From assembly GCA_965206645.1 (NCBI GenBank), contig CBDBKE010000004.1, positions 352,001-416,000 on the forward strand: DNA of 64,000 nucleotides. The letters are read 5' to 3'. The stretch comes from Terriglobia bacterium (GTDB lineage: Bacteria; Acidobacteriota; Terriglobia; JAJPHL01; JAPKYU01). The position numbers and the translations under genes were made by a program. Below the pieces are notes generated by a model. The model worked only from the letters and a program-made list of their open reading frames with translations, ran no database searches and was not told where the DNA came from. Shown here in pieces: positions 9,714 to 19,342 of the stretch. The stretch's first letter is position 1. Every line of letters starts with the position of its first letter.

Positions 9714-11501
9714 ATGAGCACAAACAGCCAGTCTTTCCACAGTCCAGAAAGTGGGCTTGTTCAAATCCAGCCGGTCGAGGAGATGATCCGGCAGCGCCTG
9801 ACCGAAGAACGGGTGCGCATGGAAAAGGAAGCCGGGGTCACTCGGAAATCGGTCCACCACTTCAAGGGACCCGTGGAGCGGCCTTTCACCAAGAGTCAAC
9901 GCCCCCACACCACGCTGCTGTTCGGCGGCCTCACCTGGAAGCACGAGAAGCTGATCCTAGGTGCGTGGGAAGGTCTGGGCTACAAGTGTGAAGTGGTGCC
10001 CACACCCGACGTGAAAGCGTTTCAAACGGGGAAGGAGTACGGGAATAACGGGCAGTGCAACCCGACCTACTTCACGGTGGGCAACCTGGTCCAGTACCTG
10101 CAGGGACTGGAAGCCCAGGGCATGAGCAAGGACGAGATTGCCAACAACTACATTTTCCTGACCGCCGGCGCCTGCGGGCCGTGTCGTTTCGGCATGTACG
10201 AAGCCGAGTACCGACTGGCGCTGCGCAACGCCGGCTTTGGCGACTTCCGGGTCGTCCTGTTCCAGCAGGGCGGGGGCCTTTCCCAGTCCGATGCCGAGGC
10301 CGGCCTGGAAATGAACCTGGATTTCTTCCTCACCATGATCAACTCCATGAACATCGGCGACCTCATGGGCGAGATGACTCACTTGATCGCTCCCTTTGAG
10401 GTCAAGGAAGGTGAGACCGACAGGGTGCTGGAAGAAGTGATGGACTACATGCACGAGGTGATGCGGAAGAAGCGCCCGTGGCAGCTCAACGGCAACCTGG
10501 AGCGCTACCTCAAACACTTCCCCAAGGTTGCTGACACGGGCTCTTACTTGGGCAAATTCCTGAACCAAATCCTGGGCGACGACTATATAGAGGCCCTGCA
10601 CCACGTGCGGGACCGCTTTGAGCAAATCGAAGTCGACCCCCTGCGGGTCAAGCCCATTGTGAAGATCACCGGTGAGTTCTGGGCGCAGACCACAGAGGGC
10701 GACGGGAACTTTAACATGTTTGCCTTCCTGGAGCGGGAGGGGGCCCAGATCCTGGTGGAGCCGGTCGGGACCTGGATCATGTACATGCTGCACCAGGCGG
10801 TCCAGTCTATCCGTGACAAGAAAGGCCTGGAGGAAGGCATCGTCAGCCCGCCCAAGTGGCGCCTGGACAAACACGCGAAAATCGAGATCAACTACCGCAA
10901 GAAGCTTGCGCAATTGAAGATAGCGGAAGCCATCTTCAAGCGGGAATACCACCGCGTCAAGGACGCCCTGGGAGGCATTGCACACGGGCTTACCGACCAG
11001 TACGAGATGCAGCGGCTGGGGCATCCCTTCTACAATTCCCGCTCCGCCGGCGGCGAAGGGCACCTGGAAGTGGCCAAGAACATCTACTACTCGAACAAAG
11101 ACCTCTGCCACATGGTGCTTTCCCTGAAGCCGTTCGGTTGCATGCCCTCGACGCAGTCCGACGGGGCGCAGTCGGCGGTCATCACCCAATATAAGGACAT
11201 GATCTTCCTGCCCGTCGAGACCTCCGGTGAAGGCGAGATCAACGCCCATAGCCGCGTGCAGATGGCTTTGGGCGAGGCCAAGCTAAAGACGAAGAACGAG
11301 TTCGCCGAAGCGCTCCAGAACACGGGCTTGACCCTGGAGGAGTGCAAGGCCTACGTGAACGCGACCCCGGAGCTGAAGCGGCCCATGTATCACGTCCCGC
11401 AACGGAAAGGTGTGATCGGCGGCGCCGCTCTGATGGTGTACCACATCGGTGACCGGATGAAGCAGGACCAGGGGAAGGGCACCACAACCCAGGTCCACTA
11501 A
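9714..11501 (+). CDS. 2-hydroxyacyl-CoA dehydratase-like Fe-S protein, PlsR-like (candidate ether-lipid synthase subunit)
   Basis: GNNGQCNPTY, GACGPCRFGMY, ITGEFW, GGEGHLEV, KPFGCMPS; adjacent to a double-activase gene. Confidence 0.8.
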   Translation: MSTNSQSFHSPESGLVQIQPVEEMIRQRLTEERVRMEKEAGVTRKSVHHFKGPVERPFTKSQRPHTTLLFGGLTWKHEKLILGAWEGLGYKCEVVPTPDVKAFQTGKEYGNNGQCNPTYFTVGNLVQYLQGLEAQGMSKDEIANNYIFLTAGACGPCRFGMYEAEYRLALRNAGFGDFRVVLFQQGGGLSQSDAEAGLEMNLDFFLTMINSMNIGDLMGEMTHLIAPFEVKEGETDRVLEEVMDYMHEVMRKKRPWQLNGNLERYLKHFPKVADTGSYLGKFLNQILGDDYIEALHHVRDRFEQIEVDPLRVKPIVKITGEFWAQTTEGDGNFNMFAFLEREGAQILVEPVGTWIMYMLHQAVQSIRDKKGLEEGIVSPPKWRLDKHAKIEINYRKKLAQLKIAEAIFKREYHRVKDALGGIAHGLTDQYEMQRLGHPFYNSRSAGGEGHLEVAKNIYYSNKDLCHMVLSLKPFGCMPSTQSDGAQSAVITQYKDMIFLPVETSGEGEINAHSRVQMALGEAKLKTKNEFAEALQNTGLTLEECKAYVNATPELKRPMYHVPQRKGVIGGAALMVYHIGDRMKQDQGKGTTTQVH

Positions 11502-11565
11502 CCCTCTGGAGCCACCTGAGGCCCGGAACTGTGCTGCCGCTAGCTATGGCATCGAGATAAAACTT

Positions 11566-14500
11566 ATGCGTACAAGCTACATGATCGGGATGGACGTTGG
11601 CTCGACTACCGTCAAAGCGGTGGTAGTGGAGGCAGCGACAGACAAAATCATCTGGGATGATTATCAGCGCCACGACACCAAGCAGCCGGAAAAGGTCCTG
11701 GAGCTACTCAAGCAGATCGAGAACGACGTACCCGATCTGAAGTCCGAAAATACCCGGCTGTTCGTTACGGGGAGCGGCGGCAACGGACTGGCCAAGTTCC
11801 TGGGCGGCAAGTTCGTTCAGGAGGTCAACGCGGTTTCGCTGGCCGTGGAAAAACTTTACCCCGATTGCGAGTCGGTGATCGAGCTGGGCGGACAGGACGC
11901 CAAGATCATCATCTTCAAGCCCGACCCGGAGACGGGACGCAAGAAGAAGCTTCCCAGCATGAATGACAAGTGCGCTGGCGGCACCGGGGCGGTCATTGAC
12001 AAGATTAACGCCAAGCTGCGCATTCCGGCGGACCAGCTTTGCGAGATGGGCTATTACGACGTGAAACTGCACCCGGTGGCGGGCAAGTGTGGCGTCTTTG
12101 CCGAAACCGACATCAATGGGTTACAGAAGCAGGGCGTTGAACCTCCCGAATTGATGGCTTCTTTGTTCGAAGCCATTGTGCAGCAGAACCTGTCGGTGCT
12201 GACCCGTGGGAACACGCTGCGCCCGGTGGTGCTGCTATTGGGCGGCCCCAACACCTACATCAAGGGGATGCAGGACTGCTGGAAGCACAACATTCCCAAG
12301 ATTTGGGAAGAGCGCAACTTTCCGCTCCCGGCGGGTGTGGACCCCAAGGATCTGATCCGCACTCCCGAGAATGCCCAATACTTCGCGGCGATTGGCTCAG
12401 TGGAGTTCGGTAAGACCGAAGAGGAGCATATCGGCCGCTACCTGGGCTGCGAAAAGCTGGAGTGGTACATCACCGTCGGTCGCGACGAGGAGAAGGCCAA
12501 GAGGGCTGGCGGCGGCGGCCTGGCAAAGAACCAGGAAGATCTGGATGCATTCTACGCCGGCTACGGCAAGCGGGAGAAGTTCAAATCCGCCCAGCTTCAG
12601 CCCGGCACGGTGCTCGAAGGCTTTATCGGCATTGATGGCGGCTCCACCTCCACCAAGGGCGTCATTGTGGACCATGACCGCAACGTACTCTTCAAGAACT
12701 ATTCGCTTTCGAAGGGCAATCCCATCGAGGATACGATGGAGTTGCTGGCCCGGCTGCGCAAGCAGGTGGAAGACCAGGGGGCCACGTTGCAGGTGCTTGG
12801 CGTGGGCACCACCGGGTACGCCAAGGACATCCTGAAAGACGCCGTCAACGCCGATGTGGCGCTGGTCGAGACGGTGGCCCACACGGAGTCGGCGGTGCAT
12901 TTCTACCCCGGTGTGGACGTCATCTGCGACGTCGGCGGGCAGGACATCAAGATCATCATCCTGAAGGACGGCCGGGTGAAGGACTTCAAGCTCAACACCC
13001 AGTGCTCGGCCGGCAACGGCTACTTTCTCCAGTCCACGTGCGAGGGCTTTGGCCTCCAGGTGGAGCAGTATGCCGACATTGCCTTCGGCGCTACTTCTTT
13101 TCCGCAGTTCGGTTATGGTTGCGCAGTGTTCATGCAGTCCGACATCGTGGACTTCCAGCGGCAGGGCTGGAAGGCGGAAGAGATCATGGCCGGGCTGTGC
13201 AACGTGCTGCCTAAGAACATCTGGCTGTACGTCAGCCAGATCCCGAACCTCTCCTCGTTGGGAACCCAGTTCGTGCTCCAGGGTGGGACGCAGCACAACC
13301 TGGCAGCGGTCAAAGCGCAGGTGGACTTCATTGGGGGCAGGTTCAAGGGCAAGGGTCTGGAACCCGACGTCGTCGTCCACAAGCACTGCGGAGAAGCCGG
13401 CGCCATCGGGTGTGCCTTTGAGGCAGTGCGCCTCTATGAGAACGGACGCCGGACCAGCTTTATGGGACTGGATGCCGTAGCCCAGATCACTTACACGACC
13501 ACGAGGAATGAGAGCACCCGCTGCTACTTCTGCAAGAACAAGTGCTTGCGCACCTTCATTGATATCCAGGCGTCCACAGCCAGCGACACCACCCGGCCGC
13601 CGGTCAAGAGCAAAGTGCCCCTGGAGCCCGGCGCACAGCGCCTGATCATCGCCACCTGCGAGAAGGGCACGGTCGAGAATGTGGACGATATGCGCCACAT
13701 CAAGTCCGGCCTGGACGCCATGAAGAAAGAAAACCCCAACCTGGTGGACGTGGCCTCCAGAGCCGCCTTCCGTAGCTACGGCGCCCCGGTCGTGGCGGAC
13801 CCGGTCCCCCGGCGGGCTTTTACCCAAGGACAAAAGAAGCGCGTCCAGCTTATGAAGAGGCGCTCGGAAATCAAGATCGGCATGCCCCGGGTGCTGAACA
13901 TGTACTCGCAGACGCCTTTCTTCTCTGGCTACTTCGAGGCGCTGGGCGTGAAGCCGGAGAACCTGATTTACTCCGACTACACCAGTGAGCAGCTTTACAA
14001 GGAGGGCGCCAAGCGCGGCGCCATTGACCCGTGCTTCCCCAGCAAGGTCGGCATTCCTCATGTCCACAACCTGCTCTATGTGATTCACCCTAAGAAGAAG
14101 CTGGACGTCGTCTTCTTCCCGATGATTGACAGCCTGACCTCGGACTTGATCGGCACCCAGGACAGCCGTGCCTGCCCGACCGTGACGGGCACGCCGTCAG
14201 CGGTCAAGGCTGCCTTCACCAAGGAAGGTGACCTGTTCCGGGAGAAGGGCGTACTCTGGATGGACACCTTGGTTTGCATGGACAAGCCCGACGTGCTGTG
14301 CCGCCAGATGTACGAGGACTGGAAGGACATTTTGGGACTAAGTGAGGAAGAGAACTACCGGGCCGTCGAGGAAGGGTACAAACAGCTGAATTATTTCGAC
14401 AACGTCGTGCTGCGCGGCCAAGCCCGGGAAATCATCAAGAAGCTGGAGGCTGAGGACAAGCTGGCCATCGTGCTGCTGGCCCGGCCCTACCACAATGACC

Positions 14501-15072
14501 CGGGCATCAACCACGAAATCCTGGAGGAGTTCCAGAAGCTGGGCTACCCGGTCATCGCCCAGGACGCCCTGCCGATTGATGACGATATGCTCTGGAAGCT
14601 CTTCCACGAGGAAGTACAGGCCGGGGAAATCGCGCACCCGATGGCCATTAGCGACGTCTGGAAGAACTCCTACAGCGAGAACACCAGCCGCAAGGTCTGG
14701 GCGGCCAAGTACATTGCCCGGCACCCGAATCTGGTGGCCCTGGAGATGTCCAGCTTCAAGTGCGGCCACGACGCGCCCATTTACTCGGTGGTCGAGGAGA
14801 TTGTGGAACACTCCGGCACGCCGTACTTCTGCTTTAAGGACATTGACGAGAACAAGCCAACCGGCTCGATCAAGATTCGGGTCGAGACCATTGGCTACTT
14901 CCTGAAGCGGTACCGTGAGGACATGGTGCGGGCCAAGCAGAAGAACGCTGAGATTGACACCCGCTTGGGCGAACTGGAAGAGCAACTCCGCCGCGAGTTC
15001 ACCGCGCACCCCGAGTGGACTCCCTCGCCGGAGCAGGCAGCCGAAATCGAGGAAGCCATCCCCGGCGACTAG
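11566..15072 (+). CDS. CoA-substrate-specific enzyme activase (2x BadF/BadG/BcrA/BcrD ATPase plus DUF2229-like domain), PlsA/Ger-like
   Basis: GMDVGSTTVK/ELGGQDAK/NDKCAGGTG/KCGVFAE, then GIDGGSTSTK/DVGGQDIK/NTQCSAGNG/GCAVFMQSD, then CYFCKNKC, PCFPSK, RACP, RPYHND, FKCGHD. Confidence 0.88.
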   Translation: MRTSYMIGMDVGSTTVKAVVVEAATDKIIWDDYQRHDTKQPEKVLELLKQIENDVPDLKSENTRLFVTGSGGNGLAKFLGGKFVQEVNAVSLAVEKLYPDCESVIELGGQDAKIIIFKPDPETGRKKKLPSMNDKCAGGTGAVIDKINAKLRIPADQLCEMGYYDVKLHPVAGKCGVFAETDINGLQKQGVEPPELMASLFEAIVQQNLSVLTRGNTLRPVVLLLGGPNTYIKGMQDCWKHNIPKIWEERNFPLPAGVDPKDLIRTPENAQYFAAIGSVEFGKTEEEHIGRYLGCEKLEWYITVGRDEEKAKRAGGGGLAKNQEDLDAFYAGYGKREKFKSAQLQPGTVLEGFIGIDGGSTSTKGVIVDHDRNVLFKNYSLSKGNPIEDTMELLARLRKQVEDQGATLQVLGVGTTGYAKDILKDAVNADVALVETVAHTESAVHFYPGVDVICDVGGQDIKIIILKDGRVKDFKLNTQCSAGNGYFLQSTCEGFGLQVEQYADIAFGATSFPQFGYGCAVFMQSDIVDFQRQGWKAEEIMAGLCNVLPKNIWLYVSQIPNLSSLGTQFVLQGGTQHNLAAVKAQVDFIGGRFKGKGLEPDVVVHKHCGEAGAIGCAFEAVRLYENGRRTSFMGLDAVAQITYTTTRNESTRCYFCKNKCLRTFIDIQASTASDTTRPPVKSKVPLEPGAQRLIIATCEKGTVENVDDMRHIKSGLDAMKKENPNLVDVASRAAFRSYGAPVVADPVPRRAFTQGQKKRVQLMKRRSEIKIGMPRVLNMYSQTPFFSGYFEALGVKPENLIYSDYTSEQLYKEGAKRGAIDPCFPSKVGIPHVHNLLYVIHPKKKLDVVFFPMIDSLTSDLIGTQDSRACPTVTGTPSAVKAAFTKEGDLFREKGVLWMDTLVCMDKPDVLCRQMYEDWKDILGLSEEENYRAVEEGYKQLNYFDNVVLRGQAREIIKKLEAEDKLAIVLLARPYHNDPGINHEILEEFQKLGYPVIAQDALPIDDDMLWKLFHEEVQAGEIAHPMAISDVWKNSYSENTSRKVWAAKYIARHPNLVALEMSSFKCGHDAPIYSVVEEIVEHSGTPYFCFKDIDENKPTGSIKIRVETIGYFLKRYREDMVRAKQKNAEIDTRLGELEEQLRREFTAHPEWTPSPEQAAEIEEAIPGD

Positions 15073-15110
15073 TGGTGTTTTCCCGCGACGGTTTCTAGAG
15101 CTGATACCAA

Positions 15111-15137
15111 GCCCTCCTTTCGGGGAGGGCTTTTTTC
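15111..15137 (+). terminator. Rho-independent terminator
   Basis: GCCCTCCT-TTCG-GGGAGGGC followed by TTTTTT. Confidence 0.85.
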
Positions 15138-15209
15138 TGCAGGAAGGGCGTGTTAGTCTTTCGCTGTGGGCATCTCCGACAAAAAGTACGACAAAACAGC
15201 AGAGGGCGA

Positions 15210-15488
15210 ATGATGTTTGAAGCCGATAAGGTGATGTTTGAAGTCTACCGGGAGCCGTTGGCCGGCAAGTACAAGGTGCTGTACTTCACCGAGCTGCAGG
15301 ATCACAACAAGGAGTGGGAGCTCAACCGGGCGCTGGCCGGTGACCACTTCTACGATGGGTTCATTCGCAACTACCGCAAGGAGCAGGCCAAAGGCGTCAT
15401 CCAGCAACTGCTCGACCGAATGAACGAGGGGGAGCAGATTACCGCCGAAGAGTTTGAATCCGCAATCCGCGAGTACACCCCCGCCTGA
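15210..15488 (+). CDS. Hypothetical protein (92 aa, acidic)
   Basis: ATG after GAGGG; host-like codon usage; VMFEVYRE...YFTELQDHNKEWE...FYDGFI. Confidence 0.8.
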   Translation: MMFEADKVMFEVYREPLAGKYKVLYFTELQDHNKEWELNRALAGDHFYDGFIRNYRKEQAKGVIQQLLDRMNEGEQITAEEFESAIREYTPA

Positions 15489-15498
15489 TACCCACCCA

Positions 15499-16035
15499 AT
15501 GGAAGCCGAATACCTCCAGATCGCAGGCCTGGTCGAGGCAGAGTTTGCCCGCAATAAGGCCCGCTTCGGCGACCGCATGCGCTGTGGCCTGGGGTGCACC
15601 GATTGCTGCCACCACCTGTTCGATGTGGACACGCTGGAGGCCCGTCGCATCGCCGCCTACGTGGCCGGGTTGCCAAACCCGGAACAGGAGAAGCTTTGGG
15701 CACGGGCCCGGCTTTACCAGCAGCAGCACAGCAAGCTCGAAGGGCGGCGGCTGGCTTGCGCGGCCCTCACGCCGGAGGGTGCGTGCGCCATCTATCCTGC
15801 CCGGCCGCTCGTGTGCCGCAAGTTCGGCATGCCCATCTACGACCCCCGCCAGCCCGGCCGGCTCAAAGCCTGCGAACTGAACTTCCTGCCAGGGGAAGAG
15901 ATTGACTCCGAAGGTATCGTTGAGCGCCAGACTGAAATTCACCAGCAGTGGGAGGCCCTGAAACGCCGCCACTCCGACGAGCGCCGCTGGACAGTAGCCA
16001 CCGCATTGCTAACGACCTGCGATGAGGATTCTTGA
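15499..16035 (+). CDS. YkgJ-family cysteine-cluster (Fe-S/Zn) protein
   Basis: CGLGCTDCC...ACAAL...CAIYPARPLVCRKFG...AC. Confidence 0.88.
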   Translation: MEAEYLQIAGLVEAEFARNKARFGDRMRCGLGCTDCCHHLFDVDTLEARRIAAYVAGLPNPEQEKLWARARLYQQQHSKLEGRRLACAALTPEGACAIYPARPLVCRKFGMPIYDPRQPGRLKACELNFLPGEEIDSEGIVERQTEIHQQWEALKRRHSDERRWTVATALLTTCDEDS

Positions 16036-16576
16036 CCAGCCTGCCCTGAACCACACCGAGTACTTAGCCTGCCTGGCTGCCTTCTCGAACTCGCTGGGCC
16101 GCAACCTGGGGGAAACCGATGCCTACCTGGCAAAGCTGGCCGGCAAGCGCAAGGGCAGCCATTTCGGTTGGGAGATGGCGCTGGACAAGGCCCGCTACGG
16201 CGCGCTGATCGTGCTGGAGCGCTGGAAGGAGTTCAACCAGCGGTTCGCCGATTCGCTCCGCAACACCCCCGCCCGCGCCATGGCCGAGGCAGCCGCTCCC
16301 CGGTGCGACACGGCCGCGCAGGCCCTGGAGGCGGCTTACTACAGTCTGGATCAGTTGGATGAGTACAGCGAGTTGCTCGTGCAGGAGGCGATGAGGCGGC
16401 TCCGTGCGGTCGAGAAAATCTTCGCTGAAGAACGCGAGGCTGCGTCGCGGGCGAGCAGCCAGTTCAGCCCGGAGAGTCCCACCCTTACGGTGGTGGGCGG
16501 GCCCGCTGGACCAGCGTCCGCGGACAAATTCCACAGCGTGTATGACAGCTTCCTCACCGATCTAGGCCGGCGGTGA
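16022..16576 (+). CDS. Hypothetical alpha-helical protein
   Basis: 184-aa ORF overlapping the YkgJ gene by 14 bp; coding-like codon bias. Confidence 0.7.
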   Translation: MRILDQPALNHTEYLACLAAFSNSLGRNLGETDAYLAKLAGKRKGSHFGWEMALDKARYGALIVLERWKEFNQRFADSLRNTPARAMAEAAAPRCDTAAQALEAAYYSLDQLDEYSELLVQEAMRRLRAVEKIFAEEREAASRASSQFSPESPTLTVVGGPAGPASADKFHSVYDSFLTDLGRR

Positions 16577-16579
16577 GAC

Positions 16580-16604
16580 GTAGCGACAGGCATTCTTACC
16601 TGTC
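16580..16604 (+). repeat. GTAG-type REP palindrome
   Basis: GTAGC GACAGG CATTCTTA CCTGTC. Confidence 0.55.
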
Positions 16605-16645
16605 CATTCGGTGCAATTCCTCCCTGTTCGTGCGGTGCAATTCCT

Positions 16646-17002
16646 ATGGATGAGTTCTGGCGAGAAGAGGTCATCGGGTTTGCGCTCGACCACGATACCG
16701 AGCGCCACATTGCCGAGCAGAAAGCGGCCATCGCCGCCAACCCAAATGATGCCCGCGCCCACTTGAACCTCGGCTTGCTCTTCCAGATTCAGTACAAGCA
16801 GGACCTTGCCGTCGAGTATTTCCTCAAAGCGCTTTCGCTCGACCCACGCCTGGCCGCTGCTCATGTCAGCCTCGGCCGTGCCTATGCGGTGCGCGGCGAA
16901 ATGGAGAAAGCCTGGGAGCACGCACATGTGGCCGCCGCGTTAGGCGATAGAAGTCTTCTAGATCAACTTGAACGATACAAGAAGGATGCAGGAATAAAGT
17001 GA
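16646..17002 (+). CDS. Tetratricopeptide repeat protein
   Basis: NPNDARAHLNLG...AVEYFLKALSLDP..AAAHVSLG.AY...GEMEKA. Confidence 0.85.
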   Translation: MDEFWREEVIGFALDHDTERHIAEQKAAIAANPNDARAHLNLGLLFQIQYKQDLAVEYFLKALSLDPRLAAAHVSLGRAYAVRGEMEKAWEHAHVAAALGDRSLLDQLERYKKDAGIK

Positions 17003-17023
17003 AGCTTTACATTAACGCCCCAA

Positions 17024-17890
17024 TCAGAAGTACTTGCCCACCAGCAGCTCTAGCTTCTGGCGGGTGGCAGCCGGGATTTTGCTGCGGTCGGTGATTATCG
17101 CGTGGGCCAGGGCCGACCCGCACTTGCAAGCCCGATCATGTGGCATCGCTTGAACGGCCTTGGCCAACACCCGGACAGCATTGGCGGCATTCTTGTTCAG
17201 ATAGTTGATCACCTCCGTCACGGTGACCGCGTCGTGCCCCGGATGCCAGCAATCGTAGTCGGTCACCATAGCGACGGTCGCGTAACAGAGCTCGGCCTCC
17301 CGTGCCAGCTTGGCTTCCTGCACATTGGTCATCCCGATGATGTCCATGCCCCAGGAGCGGTACACCTCGGACTCCGCTTTGCTGGAAAAGTTCGGACCCT
17401 CCATACACAGATAGGTCCCGCCGAGCTTCGCCGGCACGCCTACTCCCTGGCAGGCCTCATAGACAACCTTGGCCACTTCCGGGCAAACCGGGTCAGCAAA
17501 GCTAATGTGCACCACCAGGCCATCGCCGAAAAAAGTGGAGACCCGCAACTTTGTATGGTCATAGAACTGGTCGGGAATCAGGAACTCCAGCGGGTGGTGC
17601 TCTTCTTTGAGGGAACCGACGGCGCTGAAGGAAATTACGCGCTCCGCGCCCAGCTTTTTGAAGCCATAGATGTTGGCGCGGAAATTCAGCTCCGTAGGCA
17701 TAATGCGATGGCCGCGCCCATGCCGCGCCAGAAACGCCACGCGCCGCCCGGCCAGAGTGCCGACCAGGTAACTGTCGGACGGGCTTCCCCACGGCGTGCG
17801 GAGTTTCACCTCCCTGATTCCCTCAAGCCCCTGCATGCTGTAGAGGCCGCTTCCGCCGATAATTCCGATCTCTGCGCGCGCTTCTGCCAT
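17024..17890 (-). CDS. mtnP: S-methyl-5'-thioadenosine phosphorylase
   Basis: IGIIGGSGLY, FLARHG.GH, SAVGSL, MEGP.FS..AES, IGMT...EAKLAREAE, VTDYDCW; start at MAEARAE. Confidence 0.93.
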   Translation of the reverse strand: MAEARAEIGIIGGSGLYSMQGLEGIREVKLRTPWGSPSDSYLVGTLAGRRVAFLARHGRGHRIMPTELNFRANIYGFKKLGAERVISFSAVGSLKEEHHPLEFLIPDQFYDHTKLRVSTFFGDGLVVHISFADPVCPEVAKVVYEACQGVGVPAKLGGTYLCMEGPNFSSKAESEVYRSWGMDIIGMTNVQEAKLAREAELCYATVAMVTDYDCWHPGHDAVTVTEVINYLNKNAANAVRVLAKAVQAMPHDRACKCGSALAHAIITDRSKIPAATRQKLELLVGKYF

Positions 17891-17936
17891 TCCACTCCTT
17901 TCCGCTGCCCGGCCTGCAGCCTTTCCAACCTTTCGC

Positions 17937-18350
17937 TTACGGGTCATTGCTGTCTTCGATCAGCTCCAGCAGTACGCCCCCGGCGCTCTCGGGATGAACA
18001 AACACGTACCGATGCCCTCCGGCACCGCGTTGCGGCTCGGAGTTGATCAGGCGCAGGCCCGCTCGTTTCATTCGCTCCACCACCGCCGCCAGGTTTTCGA
18101 CCCGCAGCGCGATGTGGTGAAGCCCCTCGCCTCGCCGCGCCAGAAAACGCGCGATGGAAGAATCCTCGGCAGTGGCCTCCAGCAGCTCGATCCGGCTCTC
18201 GCCCACCGGAAGCATAGCCAGCCGCACCTTCTCGGCTTCCACCGTCTCGATACCGGACGCCTCCATCTGCAAGTGTTTGCAGTAAAACTCGAGCGCCGCC
18301 TCCAGCGAGCGAACCGCAATCCCAATGTGATCCACGACGTATCGACTCAC
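17937..18350 (-). CDS. mce: Methylmalonyl-CoA epimerase
   Basis: DHIGIAV, RIELLE, RGEGLHHIA, FVHP...GGVLLELIE; adjacent to meaB. Confidence 0.9.
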   Translation of the reverse strand: MSRYVVDHIGIAVRSLEAALEFYCKHLQMEASGIETVEAEKVRLAMLPVGESRIELLEATAEDSSIARFLARRGEGLHHIALRVENLAAVVERMKRAGLRLINSEPQRGAGGHRYVFVHPESAGGVLLELIEDSNDP

Positions 18351-19297
18351 AGGCCCGCCTTTTTCAGAACTTCATCCACCACCGAGTAGGGGTCCACCTG
18401 GCGCGCCGCGACTCGCGCCGCGTACTCGTCCAGGAGGCCGTCGTCCAGTGTCTCAATGACTACGCGGTTCAGCAACCGCTCGCGCAGCAACGCCAGGAGG
18501 CGCTGGCGCCAGTTATGCCGCCCCTTCTGCTCGGCCAGACCGGCGCCGTTGAGAAACTCCCGGTAGCGCTCGATCGTAGCCAGCAACTCCTCCACTCCGG
18601 CTCCTTCGGTGGCTACCGTCCTGAGCACCACCGGCGCCCAGCCATCGGCGCGCTGAGAGATGGTAAGCAGGGCGTGGAGTTCCGCCTCAAGCCGGTCGCT
18701 GCCATCCCGGTCGGCTTTGTTGATGGCGAAGATGTCGGCAATTTCCATCAGGCCGGCCTTGATAGTCTGCACGTCGTCGCCCATGCCGGGGACCAGTAGC
18801 ACCACGGTCACGTCGGCGAGCTTCACAATGTCCACCTCATCCTGGCCCACGCCGACCGTTTCCACGACCACGATGTCCCTGCCGGCGGCGTCGAGCAGTG
18901 TGGCCACGTCCACAGTAGCGCGCGCCAGGCCGCCCAGGCTGCCACGGGTAGCCATGCTGCGGATGTAGATCCCCGGGTCGCTGCTGTGGCTCTGCATGCG
19001 AATCCGGTCTCCCAGAATGGCCCCGCCGGAAAATGGACTACTGGGGTCCACGGCGATGATTCCGACGGTCTTTTCCTGCCGACGGTAGGCGGCGGCCATG
19101 CGGTCCACCAACGTGCTCTTGCCTGCGCCGGGCGACCCCGTAATGCCCAGCACTAGCGCCCGCCCGGAGTGCGGGAACAATTGCTTGAGCAATTCATCCG
19201 CCTGAGGTTCGCTATTTTCAACGGTGGTGATCGCCCGGGCCAGGGCGCGCAGGTCGCCTGCCAGGATGCTTTGAACCGTGGCTTCAGCCGTGCTCAT
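18347..19297 (-). CDS. meaB: Methylmalonyl-CoA mutase-associated GTPase MeaB
   Basis: GITGSPGAGKST, AVDPSSPFSGGAILGDRIRM, ETVGVGQDE, NKAD. Confidence 0.95.
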   Translation of the reverse strand: MSTAEATVQSILAGDLRALARAITTVENSEPQADELLKQLFPHSGRALVLGITGSPGAGKSTLVDRMAAAYRRQEKTVGIIAVDPSSPFSGGAILGDRIRMQSHSSDPGIYIRSMATRGSLGGLARATVDVATLLDAAGRDIVVVETVGVGQDEVDIVKLADVTVVLLVPGMGDDVQTIKAGLMEIADIFAINKADRDGSDRLEAELHALLTISQRADGWAPVVLRTVATEGAGVEELLATIERYREFLNGAGLAEQKGRHNWRQRLLALLRERLLNRVVIETLDDGLLDEYAARVAARQVDPYSVVDEVLKKAGL

Positions 19298-19306
19298 TTC
19301 TTCATA

Positions 19307-19342
19307 CCTCAAGGCCTCCACACCTCAAGGCCCCCACACCTT
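19307..19342. repeat. 16-bp tandem repeat in the 3' flank of the SBBP gene, also present at 21411-21430
   Basis: CCTCAAGGCCTCCACA CCTCAAGGCCCCCACA CCTT; second locus CCTCAGGGCCTCCACACCTT. Confidence 0.7.

Noticed and set aside
12397-14088. 563-aa antisense ORF, and similar long shadow ORFs (9957-11249, 19278-20696, 33696-34769, 51688-52977)
   Set aside because: Antisense mirrors of genuine high-GC3 genes, with no recognisable motifs.
19298-19321. Identical MEALR N-termini of the meaB and SBBP ORFs in the track
   Set aside because: Artefact of GTG codons in the duplicated repeat flank; the real starts are 19297 and 21350.
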